Shown piece by piece: positions 1-8,253 of a DNA stretch of 64,000 nucleotides. This stretch comes from Candidatus Poribacteria bacterium (GTDB taxonomy: Bacteria; Poribacteria; WGA-4E; WGA-3G). Both the position numbers and the translations under genes were made by a program. Location: positions 2,703,521-2,767,520 of the forward strand of contig OZ246979.1 in assembly GCA_965232545.1 (NCBI GenBank). Direction: 5' to 3'. The notes beneath the pieces were generated by a model, which did not search any database, was not told where the DNA came from, and saw only the letters and a program-made list of their open reading frames with translations. Position 1 is the stretch's first letter, and each line of letters starts with the position of its first letter.

Positions 1-307
1 CCTCTACATCTGACAAAGACTCATTTTCGAGTTGTATAATGACACGCGCCGTTTCTTGCAAGAGTTCCTCACGTAGTTCTTGATAGTCGGCATCTGAGAG
101 CTTGCCAGTTTCGTAATCTTCGTCGAGATCTACCAGAGCGGCGTAACTGCGCTCACGTTCCTGAAAAAGCGTTCGCCGTCGTTCCTCAATTACGTCATCA
201 GATGTTGCAACGGACTGATCCCCTTTTTTCGAGAAAATTGGAAGTCCCAGATACACCAGGAGTGCGATTCCAAGAATTACCATCCATAAAATCACGAGAA
301 AAGACAT
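1..307 (-). CDS. Partial CDS whose 5' end is in the window and which runs off the window start. It has one N-terminal TM helix followed by a charged, helical region. It is the last gene of the ccm cluster and may be CcmI/CycH-like.
   Basis: My own translation of the minus strand from an ATG at about 305-307 gives MSFLVILWMVILGIALLVYLGLPIFSKKGDQSVATSDDVIEERRRTLFQERERSYAALVDLDEDYETGKLSDADYQELREELL... It is absent from the ORF track because it is unbounded. It lies directly downstream of ccmH on the same strand. Confidence 0.35.
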   Translation of the reverse strand, partial: MSFLVILWMVILGIALLVYLGLPIFSKKGDQSVATSDDVIEERRRTLFQERERSYAALVDLDEDYETGKLSDADYQELREELLQETARVIIQLENESLSDVE

Positions 308-372
308 GAAACACCCTTTCTGAAGTGCACGGTGTGCCTACTCTACCGCAAAAATCGCTACGCTTAGTTTTG

Positions 373-939
373 CTATCTGTACTTTTCCAATTCAGCTTCA
401 ACTTGTTTCACAGTCGTATCGGAGACCTGTTGGTTTGGTTCCGCAAGCCCATTGCTTGCGACTGATTGCTGCCTTGACCTTCGGAGTACAGCGAAGGCAA
501 TACCACCGATGAGGACAAGAATGACGGCTGGCATAATGTAGGCGATCAAATTAATACCCTCTGCGGGCATGACGGCGTAAAACTGTGGTCCGAACGTGTC
601 AAGATAATTGGTGCGAATCTGCTCAACGGTTTGCCCTGCGAGCAACCGATTACGAAAATCCTTTTCAATCATCCCTGCAGTATCGCACACACACACCTCA
701 ATCGTCTCCCGCTCGCAGCCACAGTAACAGTAGACCGTGGTGATCAGTTCTTCTAAATTGGACTCAACCGTGGTGTTTTCCACGTCCTTCGGTTCTGCAG
801 CGGGAGGCGCCTCCGCCTGCGCGTGCGTGAGGACAGTAAAACTGCAAGCGATGAAAACCCCAACAATCCACATAAAATTGGCAAACACAGCGTTATTGGA
901 CATGGCAATGTGTTCACATCTTCCAGTTTTCATAGTCAT
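373..939 (-). CDS. ccmH: Cytochrome c-type biogenesis protein CcmH/CycL family. The true start is probably the internal Met at about 903.
   Basis: Signal peptide, Cys-rich motif (VYCYCGCERETIEVC), conserved IEKDFRNRLLAGQTVEQIRTNYLDTFGPQF segment and a C-terminal TM helix. Lies just downstream of ccmF on the same strand. Confidence 0.6.
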   Translation of the reverse strand: MTMKTGRCEHIAMSNNAVFANFMWIVGVFIACSFTVLTHAQAEAPPAAEPKDVENTTVESNLEELITTVYCYCGCERETIEVCVCDTAGMIEKDFRNRLLAGQTVEQIRTNYLDTFGPQFYAVMPAEGINLIAYIMPAVILVLIGGIAFAVLRRSRQQSVASNGLAEPNQQVSDTTVKQVEAELEKYR

Positions 940-951
940 GTTTTGCGCCCG

Positions 952-2973
952 TTAAGAATCTGTATTACGTTCAGATTTCTCGGCTATTGCGACAATCCCA
1001 CCTAACACCATCACAGCAACACCGATCCAGACGACACCGATAAGAGGGTTATAATACGCCTGTACATTCACAACGCCGCCTGTCTTAACGTCGGGTGGAA
1101 TGCTGCCAAGAGCGATATAAAAGTCGTTGACACCGAAGTGACGGATGGCAGATTCAATAGTATCCTGTTCTCCCTGTCCAGTCTTGTAATAGAAATGGCG
1201 CGCTGGTTCCATCGTCCCTATCTGTCTCCCGTTCTTTAGGACATCAAAAATAACACCGGTTCGACGATAGTTCTCGAATTCTTTCTCAAACGAGTCTTTC
1301 ATAGTGAGCTGAAACTCGCCTACCTCCATTGATTCTCCGATTCTTAAACCCTTGGATTCAAGTAGAAAATAGCCTTTCGATCCCATAATGCCTACATAGA
1401 GGATAACGATACCGATGTGGATGATGTAACCGCCATATCGTCTCTTATTACGCTGGATAAGGAGATTCAAACCGTTGAGAAGGGAGGTCTCTTGTCGTTT
1501 CGCACGGAGTTTTGCCCCGCGATAAAATTCAGCAAAGATTGCGACGACCACGAAGGCACCTACAGACACACAAAGTGCCGAATAGAGCGGAGAAGTATCT
1601 TCTTTTACAAATACGAGAAATCCCCATGTCAATGCCCCGGCGACTAAACCGATAACAAGCGGCAAAGAAAACATCCGTCGGAAGTTGTTAGCGGTAATCT
1701 TTTTCCAGGAGATGATCGGCCCCGCACCTGTGAGGAAAAGGAGCAGCAATCCGGGTATGATAACGACTTGATTGAAAAACGATTCAGGAACGGAGGACTT
1801 TTGACCGTTAATCGCCTCGGAGATAATTGGCCACAACGTACCCCAGAGAATAATGAGTGTTAGTCCGACAAGGAGCCAGTTGTTTAGAATAAAGGCACTT
1901 TCACGAGAAAGAAGGGATTCTAAACGATTAGCACTCTTAAGGCGTCTCCAACGATAGATGATGAGTCCAATGACACCTGCTGTTGAGACTAAGATGAAAC
2001 CGAGGAAATATCCGCCAATATCAGATTGTGCGAAAGCGTGCACCGAGGAAATAATTCCACTCCGCGTGATGAAAGTTCCCAATAGCGTGAATTGGAACGC
2101 AAGCGTAATCAGAAGGATATTCCATAGTTTAAACATATTCCGCTTCTCTTGAATCATCACCGAATGCAAATAAGCGGTGCAGAGCAACCACGGCATAAAA
2201 GAGGCATTTTCAACCGGATCCCATGCCCAATAACCGCCCCAACCCAACTCACGATATGCCCAATTGCCACCAAGCGTGATGCCGATGGTCAAGACGATCC
2301 ATGAGAACAACGTCCATCTACGCGAGCGGAGTATCCAAGCACTGCTAATTCTACCAGACGCGAGTGCACCGACTGCAAACGCAAACGGTACTGTCAGGCT
2401 AATCCAACCGATATATAACGTTGGTGGATGGAATGCCATGCTTGGGGTCTGAAGGAGCGGGTTCATACCCGCACCATCAGGTGCCATCTGTCCATTGGGG
2501 AATCGGGAGAGTGGGTTGTAAACCCCTTCGATTAAGCCGGTGACGAGTAGGATGAAGAAAAGTTGTATGACTGCAATAGGAATTAGGGCATAATCGGAGA
2601 GGGTATCATTCGTTTCTTTCGTGTGTCGGTGATTCTGCCAGACGACAATCGCACCTGCGACAGTCAGCAACCAAAGCCAGAATAAAAGAGATCCCGACAT
2701 TCGTCCCCAGAGTGCTGTGATTTTATAAAGGAGTGGTTGCGCTGCGCTGGATACTTCAACAACATAGCGCATTGAGAAATCGTCGGTTACAAAACCGTAG
2801 ATTAATGCACCTGTTGCAATACTGATGAGAATGAAGGTAGCAATGACGGCGTTTCTACCGCTCCGGATGGCACTCCGATTTCGCGTGCGTAGCCCGATGC
2901 AGAGAAAGCCAATCGCCCACAAGCCAGAGAGCACAGAGAGAAATATAGCGGCTTGTCCAATTTCCGCAGTCAT
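952..2973 (-). CDS. ccmF: Cytochrome c-type biogenesis heme lyase CcmF.
   Basis: 673-aa polytopic membrane protein carrying the WWD-domain signature WGGYWAWDPVENASFMPWL, in a conserved ccmE-ccmF-ccmH context. Confidence 0.9.
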   Translation of the reverse strand: MTAEIGQAAIFLSVLSGLWAIGFLCIGLRTRNRSAIRSGRNAVIATFILISIATGALIYGFVTDDFSMRYVVEVSSAAQPLLYKITALWGRMSGSLLFWLWLLTVAGAIVVWQNHRHTKETNDTLSDYALIPIAVIQLFFILLVTGLIEGVYNPLSRFPNGQMAPDGAGMNPLLQTPSMAFHPPTLYIGWISLTVPFAFAVGALASGRISSAWILRSRRWTLFSWIVLTIGITLGGNWAYRELGWGGYWAWDPVENASFMPWLLCTAYLHSVMIQEKRNMFKLWNILLITLAFQFTLLGTFITRSGIISSVHAFAQSDIGGYFLGFILVSTAGVIGLIIYRWRRLKSANRLESLLSRESAFILNNWLLVGLTLIILWGTLWPIISEAINGQKSSVPESFFNQVVIIPGLLLLFLTGAGPIISWKKITANNFRRMFSLPLVIGLVAGALTWGFLVFVKEDTSPLYSALCVSVGAFVVVAIFAEFYRGAKLRAKRQETSLLNGLNLLIQRNKRRYGGYIIHIGIVILYVGIMGSKGYFLLESKGLRIGESMEVGEFQLTMKDSFEKEFENYRRTGVIFDVLKNGRQIGTMEPARHFYYKTGQGEQDTIESAIRHFGVNDFYIALGSIPPDVKTGGVVNVQAYYNPLIGVVWIGVAVMVLGGIVAIAEKSERNTDS

Positions 2974-3035
2974 TCGTTACTGTGCCTCCTTAAAAAAGTG
3001 TTGTTGAACATATTGCTTAAGGTGTTGTTTATCCT

Positions 3036-3497
3036 TTACTCTGAGATATAAGAAGTCTCATTTGTGGGTGTAGCACTTTCTGCCCCATCGTATTTCGAGG
3101 CACACTTCGTCATGAGTTTAGACGCGACGATGAGGTTCTGCGTTGCATCGTATTTGCCCTCTACGAAAACACTACCCCCATCCGTAAAATTATCCGGTTT
3201 CAGTCGATCTTTGTAAATCACGTTAACTGTCGCTGCAGTTTCGCGGTCGCGTACAGCAAAGGTGAGCTTAAAATTGGCAGCATCCCATTCGGAACTACCC
3301 TCTGCAATAAGCCCATCAACTTGGACCGGTTGATTGTTCATTCTGTTTCCGTCTGTCACAAGCGCAGCGGGCGTGAAGTGCCGAACACTTGTCCTTTTAA
3401 TTCCAGTTACCACTAAAAGTGCCATACCACATAACAAAATGAAACTCGCGGCAATCACTTTAAGCCTTCTCTGTTTTTGCACCTGGACATCCTCCAT
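3036..3497 (-). CDS. ccmE: Cytochrome c-type biogenesis heme chaperone CcmE, the CxxxY variant.
   Basis: N-terminal TM anchor and an OB-fold-like body. The C-terminal motif is LMTKCASKYDG, with Cys where canonical CcmE has the heme-binding His (HxxxY). Adjacent to ccmF. Confidence 0.75.
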   Translation of the reverse strand: MEDVQVQKQRRLKVIAASFILLCGMALLVVTGIKRTSVRHFTPAALVTDGNRMNNQPVQVDGLIAEGSSEWDAANFKLTFAVRDRETAATVNVIYKDRLKPDNFTDGGSVFVEGKYDATQNLIVASKLMTKCASKYDGAESATPTNETSYISE

Positions 3498-3789
3498 TAA
3501 TCAAAATCAGTAGACGTGATTTCTCAATCGTACTGACGAGATGAATTCTTACTCTTTAAAATAATACTTGATTTTACATGCAAAATCAAGTTAAAATAGA
3601 ATTTAATGTATCTGAAACTTTTAGTTTGCCCCCTCACAAGCACAATCTAACAGATTATGCTACAAAGATAGCAACCTGTGTTAAAATTAGCATAGAAAAC
3701 CAAGTCAAGCCCGTAGGGGTTGACGACTCCAGAGGAAGGAAGGTTAAATTCCAAAGCCATTCGCTTTAACCGCAAGGAAAATTAAAAAT

Positions 3790-4731
3790 ATGAATTGGCA
3801 ACACCATCCGTGGGCAGGTGTATTTCCGGCGACGCTCTGTCCCTTTCATGAAGATGAAGCAATTGACGAAGCCGGATTACGCGAGTATATGCAGGAACTC
3901 GCAAGTGTTCCGGGGATAAAAGGGGTTGTCTGTAATGGACATACCGGCGAAATCATGTCCCTCCGCTTGCATGAAAGACAGCGCGTTACGCAAATCACCG
4001 CCGAAGCCGTTGGCGATCGGGTTAAAGTTGTTTCAGGGGTTAGTGCGGAAGGAAGTCTCCCAGCAATTGATGACGCACTCGCGGCGAAGGAAGCCGGGGC
4101 GGATGCCATCCTGCTGATGCCTGCACATCACTGGTTGCGTTTTGGTAGGACCCCTGAAACCGCAGTCGGTTACTTTCAGGATGTCGCCGAAGGCGCAGAT
4201 ATACCGATTATTGTTCACCAGTATCCGGCATGGACAAAGGCAGGATATAGCCTTGAAGAGATGTTGGAAATGGTGAAAATCCCACAGGTGATCTGCATTA
4301 AAATGGGCACACGCGACATGGCGCGCTGGCGGTGGGACTATGAACAGTTGAAAGAAGCCGCACCAGACGTGCCTATCCTAACCTGCCATGATGAATATCT
4401 GCTTGCCTCTTTATTGGAAGGAAGTGATGGTGCCCTGATCGGGTTCGCAGGGTTTGTACCGGAGTTGATGGTGGATGTCGTCCACGCCGCACTCAACGAC
4501 GACCTCATCGGTGCACGTAAGGCGCGCAGCCAAGTGGACTCGCTGGCACGAATCGTCTATAACTTCGGTGAACCGAGCAGTGACGCGCATCAGCGAATGA
4601 AATGCGCTCGCTGGTTGATGGGTAGATTCCCGTCAATGACGATGCGTCGACCTTTGCGTCAATTGTCCACAGCCGAAGTAAATAAGATCCGAGCGCGTCT
4701 TGAAGAGACCGGTTATCAGTGTGTTCATTAA
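3790..4731 (+). CDS. Dihydrodipicolinate synthase/N-acetylneuraminate lyase (DapA) family class I aldolase.
   Basis: 313-aa ORF with the DapA-family fold pattern (GVVCNGHTGE, a Schiff-base Lys region VICIKMGT). Preceded by the conserved AACCGCAAGGAAAATTAAAAAT-ATG leader. Confidence 0.7.
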   Translation: MNWQHHPWAGVFPATLCPFHEDEAIDEAGLREYMQELASVPGIKGVVCNGHTGEIMSLRLHERQRVTQITAEAVGDRVKVVSGVSAEGSLPAIDDALAAKEAGADAILLMPAHHWLRFGRTPETAVGYFQDVAEGADIPIIVHQYPAWTKAGYSLEEMLEMVKIPQVICIKMGTRDMARWRWDYEQLKEAAPDVPILTCHDEYLLASLLEGSDGALIGFAGFVPELMVDVVHAALNDDLIGARKARSQVDSLARIVYNFGEPSSDAHQRMKCARWLMGRFPSMTMRRPLRQLSTAEVNKIRARLEETGYQCVH

Positions 4732-4820
4732 TAGCAGTCAGCGGTCAGCAATCAGCAATCAGTGGTAGGAGGGAACTCCGATTCCCGATGGATTGGCTCG
4801 TCTACTGCGGGAGGAGTAGC

Positions 4821-6035
4821 ATGTCAGGTCTAAAATACGCCTTAATTGGCCACGGTAGACGCGGGGCAGCACATCTGTCAACAGCCGCTATATTAAAGGA
4901 CACCTTTGACGTAGTTGCCGTATGTGATGCACATGTAGAATCCGCAGAAGCGGGTGCAGCGAAACTCGGTGCCAAAGCCTATACCGATGTCAGGAAAATG
5001 ATTGACGAAACATCACCGGATGTTTGCGATGTTGTTGTGCCTATGCCTTTACATCATGTCGTTTCCTGCTACCTCTCCCGATGTGGCATCTCACATAATG
5101 TAGAGACGGGCCTTGCGCCAACACTCGGTTTGATGGATATGATGATAACCGATGCTGACGAGAATGGCGTAAAACTTCAGACATCAGAAAATTTCCCGTT
5201 CGTTCCTGTGGAACAATTCGTGTGTAAACTCATTAAGGAAGACGTAATTGGAAAAGTCCACAAGTGTTACCGACTCTTCTCCACAACCGGCTATCATGGG
5301 CTTGCCGCAATACGGTGCCGAATGGATGCCGCACCCAAAACGGTTAGTAGCATCAGGCATACGATGCCCGTTTCTCCCTACGTTGACAGGGCAAAACGGG
5401 ACCACAATCGGGAAGGTCTTGAGTTTTATGCCGTAGATTTTGAGGATGGCGGTATCGGCATCGCTATGGTGGGGAACAAGAATGGATGCCTCGGACGAAA
5501 CAAGCTCGTCGGTTTCGAGACCTGTGGTGAGCGAGGCACGGTTATCACGAATGGGAATCAAGGTGCGTCCGGGGGTGAAACGATTAACGTTTGCACGGAC
5601 GAAGATCTCGTCAAGAACGCCGGAAGGGCACAGACATACGAATTCCAGAGAGAATATACTGACAGTGGCACTTTGCATCGTATTTTTGTGGAACTCCCAG
5701 CGTCTTTAGGTGGTACCGTAGAGTGGGTAAATCCTTATGGACAGACAGATATTTCAGAGACAGGTATCTCATTGGCGACAATGCTTGACGGTATCGCTCG
5801 CGCTGTCCGAGAAGACACACAACCGCTGTGGACGGGTGAAATGGGCAGGGCAGACCAAGAGATGGTGATTGCGGCACATCGGTCAATCGACATGAATCGA
5901 CAGCCTATCGAACTCCCTCTTGAACCCGATCCGGCTGAAGAAGCCGCATTTGACCGCGATTTTGAAGTCCAGTTTGGTGTTCATCCACGCGAAAATATTG
6001 AAAAAGCGTTACGAGTTAATTTCAAAGCACGTTAG
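4821..6035 (+). CDS. Gfo/Idh/MocA family NAD(P)-dependent oxidoreductase. The ORF track extends to 4719, but the likely start is the ATG at 4821 with a GGGAGGAG RBS.
   Basis: Rossmann N-terminus MSGLKYALIGHGRRG...VVAVCD is typical of Gfo/Idh/MocA. An RBS sits 6-13 nt upstream of 4821. Confidence 0.8.
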   Translation: MSGLKYALIGHGRRGAAHLSTAAILKDTFDVVAVCDAHVESAEAGAAKLGAKAYTDVRKMIDETSPDVCDVVVPMPLHHVVSCYLSRCGISHNVETGLAPTLGLMDMMITDADENGVKLQTSENFPFVPVEQFVCKLIKEDVIGKVHKCYRLFSTTGYHGLAAIRCRMDAAPKTVSSIRHTMPVSPYVDRAKRDHNREGLEFYAVDFEDGGIGIAMVGNKNGCLGRNKLVGFETCGERGTVITNGNQGASGGETINVCTDEDLVKNAGRAQTYEFQREYTDSGTLHRIFVELPASLGGTVEWVNPYGQTDISETGISLATMLDGIARAVREDTQPLWTGEMGRADQEMVIAAHRSIDMNRQPIELPLEPDPAEEAAFDRDFEVQFGVHPRENIEKALRVNFKAR

Positions 6036-6068
6036 TTTGAAGTTAATATCACACTCATAAAGGAAAAA

Positions 6069-7043
6069 ATGAGAGAAATTAAAATCGGGTTTATCGGATG
6101 TGGCGGCAATGCGAATGGACACATGAACCAATTAGCCGGAATCGAAGGCGCGCGTGTCGTGGCTGTCTGTGACATTCAAGCCGAACGCGCCCAAAGTGCC
6201 GCCGAGAAACATGATGCAGATCCCTATACCGCACACCAAGTCCTCCTCGAACGTGATGACTTAGATGCAGTCTATCTGAGTCTCCCAGTTTTTGCGCACG
6301 GACAACCAGAGTTGGATGTCATTGAACGAGGTTTACCATTTTTGGTTGAGAAGCCCGTTGCCATCAATATGGATATCGCCCGTGAGGTTGAAGCCGCGGT
6401 GGCGAATGCTGGACTCATAACTTGTGTCGGTTATCAACTCCGGTACCTCGGTTCGACAAAAATAACGCAGCAGATCCTGCAGGATAGAACGATTAACATG
6501 GTCGTTGGTAAGTACTGGTGCAGCACAGGACATGGGGACCCAAATGCATGGCTCCGACAGATGGACAGATCCGGCGGTCAACTCGTCGAACAAGCAACAC
6601 ACACCATCGACATGATGCGTTACATGGGCGGAGAAGTGGAAACCGTCTATGCCATGCAGGCGAACCGGTTTCTCAAAGAGACAGATTGTCCTGATGCCAA
6701 CAGTGTCTCTCTCCAGTTTGCGAGTGGTGCCATCGGGTCTCTGACTGCGACTTGGGCTTACGCGGGGGACTGGTCGAACGCGAATATCCTGGATCTATTG
6801 TATGAGGGAGAGTTATTGAATTGGAATCCATCAAGGGTCTTGGTACAGGAAGATGGCGACTGGGTGGATAAAACAGAACCGAGTCCAACAATTGACGAGA
6901 TTTTCGTGAACGCGGTACGTAACGGTGATGGTTCTTCAATCTTGAGTCCATATAGCGATGCAGTCAAGACACTCGCAATATCGCTGGCAGCGAATCAGTC
7001 TGCGCAAGAAAACAGACCTATCGCCATTTCAGAGATTTTGTGA
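6069..7043 (+). CDS. Gfo/Idh/MocA family oxidoreductase.
   Basis: MREIKIGFIGCGGNANGH...VVAVCD Rossmann motif and family-typical length. Confidence 0.8.
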   Translation: MREIKIGFIGCGGNANGHMNQLAGIEGARVVAVCDIQAERAQSAAEKHDADPYTAHQVLLERDDLDAVYLSLPVFAHGQPELDVIERGLPFLVEKPVAINMDIAREVEAAVANAGLITCVGYQLRYLGSTKITQQILQDRTINMVVGKYWCSTGHGDPNAWLRQMDRSGGQLVEQATHTIDMMRYMGGEVETVYAMQANRFLKETDCPDANSVSLQFASGAIGSLTATWAYAGDWSNANILDLLYEGELLNWNPSRVLVQEDGDWVDKTEPSPTIDEIFVNAVRNGDGSSILSPYSDAVKTLAISLAANQSAQENRPIAISEIL

Positions 7044-7080
7044 GGATACCTTCCTGACCTGTCCTACAAAGGAGTTGGTT

Positions 7081-8076
7081 ATGTCGCAAACTTCGTCGAA
7101 ATATCGTGTCGCCATCGTTGGGTGCGGTGGTATCTCTAACGCACACGGCAATGCGTGGCGGAATCTACCAGAAATTGAAATTGTAGGGGCATGCGATGAG
7201 AAGCTTGAACCGCTGAAACGTTTTGCTACTGAGTATAACGTCCAGAATACCTACAACGACCTCCGACAGATGCTGGAAAAGCAGCAACCGGATGTCTTAG
7301 TGGTTGCAACGTGGCCCTCGAATCATCTGAAAAATGTCTTGGAAGCAGTGCGGTGCGGTGTCAAAGGTATCCTTGTTGAGAAACCGATTACGGTTAATAC
7401 CACACAACTGGAACAGATGATCCAAGTTACAGCGCACGCCGACATCCGATTAATGGAAGCCTTTATGTATCGACACCATCCATTGACGCTCGCCGTGAAA
7501 CAGAAAATCGAGGAAGGAGCAATCGGAGAGGTTCGCTATGCCCGTTCTACTTTTTCAACAGGACTCACAGACCGACAAAATTGGCGATTAAGAGGCGACC
7601 TCGGTGGTGGTGCCGTCATGGATTTAGGCTGTTATTGTATCAACATCATCCGTCATCTCGTCGGGCGAGAACCACAGTCCGTATGGGCAACCGGCAAGTT
7701 TGAAGCGATTAATAACGTCTGGGAAACACTGATTGGAACCTTAGACTTTGGCGATGGTCTGACCGGGCAATTGGATTGTAGTTTCGGTTGGACATGGCGT
7801 GAATCTTATGAGATCGCGGGAACGGATGGAACACTCTTTGTTCAAAGTGCCTGGGGCAACTCAGAAGGCGACTCCCACTTTACAGTAAATGGCGAAACTA
7901 TTCGTGTTGCTAATGGTGTGAACCCTTATGCCGCTGAGATTTTGGATTTATGTCGAGCGGTGGAGACCGGGACCCCAACGCACTTACCAATATCGGACGC
8001 GCTTGGAAATATGCGTGTCATTGACGCATTACACGAATCCGCACACACAGGTCAGTGCATCAAACTCCCTGTGTAA
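7081..8076 (+). CDS. Gfo/Idh/MocA family oxidoreductase. The start is refined to the internal ATG with an AAGGAG RBS; the ORF track begins at 6958.
   Basis: MSQTSSKYRVAIVGCGGISNAHG...GACDE Rossmann N-terminus. The upstream in-frame extension overlaps the previous gene. Confidence 0.8.
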   Translation: MSQTSSKYRVAIVGCGGISNAHGNAWRNLPEIEIVGACDEKLEPLKRFATEYNVQNTYNDLRQMLEKQQPDVLVVATWPSNHLKNVLEAVRCGVKGILVEKPITVNTTQLEQMIQVTAHADIRLMEAFMYRHHPLTLAVKQKIEEGAIGEVRYARSTFSTGLTDRQNWRLRGDLGGGAVMDLGCYCINIIRHLVGREPQSVWATGKFEAINNVWETLIGTLDFGDGLTGQLDCSFGWTWRESYEIAGTDGTLFVQSAWGNSEGDSHFTVNGETIRVANGVNPYAAEILDLCRAVETGTPTHLPISDALGNMRVIDALHESAHTGQCIKLPV

Positions 8077-8253
8077 AGACTTTAAATTGTCCTTACCACA
8101 ATCGCTACTTGAACGATTGCTATCTGTTAGGACATAAGGAGAGCGGCTTTTAGGACCGGAAGAAGCACGTGGTTATCTTCAGTAATCGTTCAGTTTCACC
8201 AGAAATCCGATTAGCTTGTAAGTTCAATCGGTCCAAAGACCCAATAGTTAAAA

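Noticed and set aside
198-401. 67-aa minus-strand ORF from the ORF track.
   Set aside because: It is in a different frame from, and overlaps, the better-supported partial membrane-protein CDS (1-307). It also overlaps the ccmH 3' end. Composition is unremarkable, there is no RBS, and it is likely spurious.
3578-3769. 63-aa plus-strand ORF in the ccmE-to-DapA-like intergenic region.
   Set aside because: AT-rich and low-complexity. It ends inside the conserved AACCGCAAGG leader of the next gene. There is no RBS. It is more plausibly a promoter and leader region.
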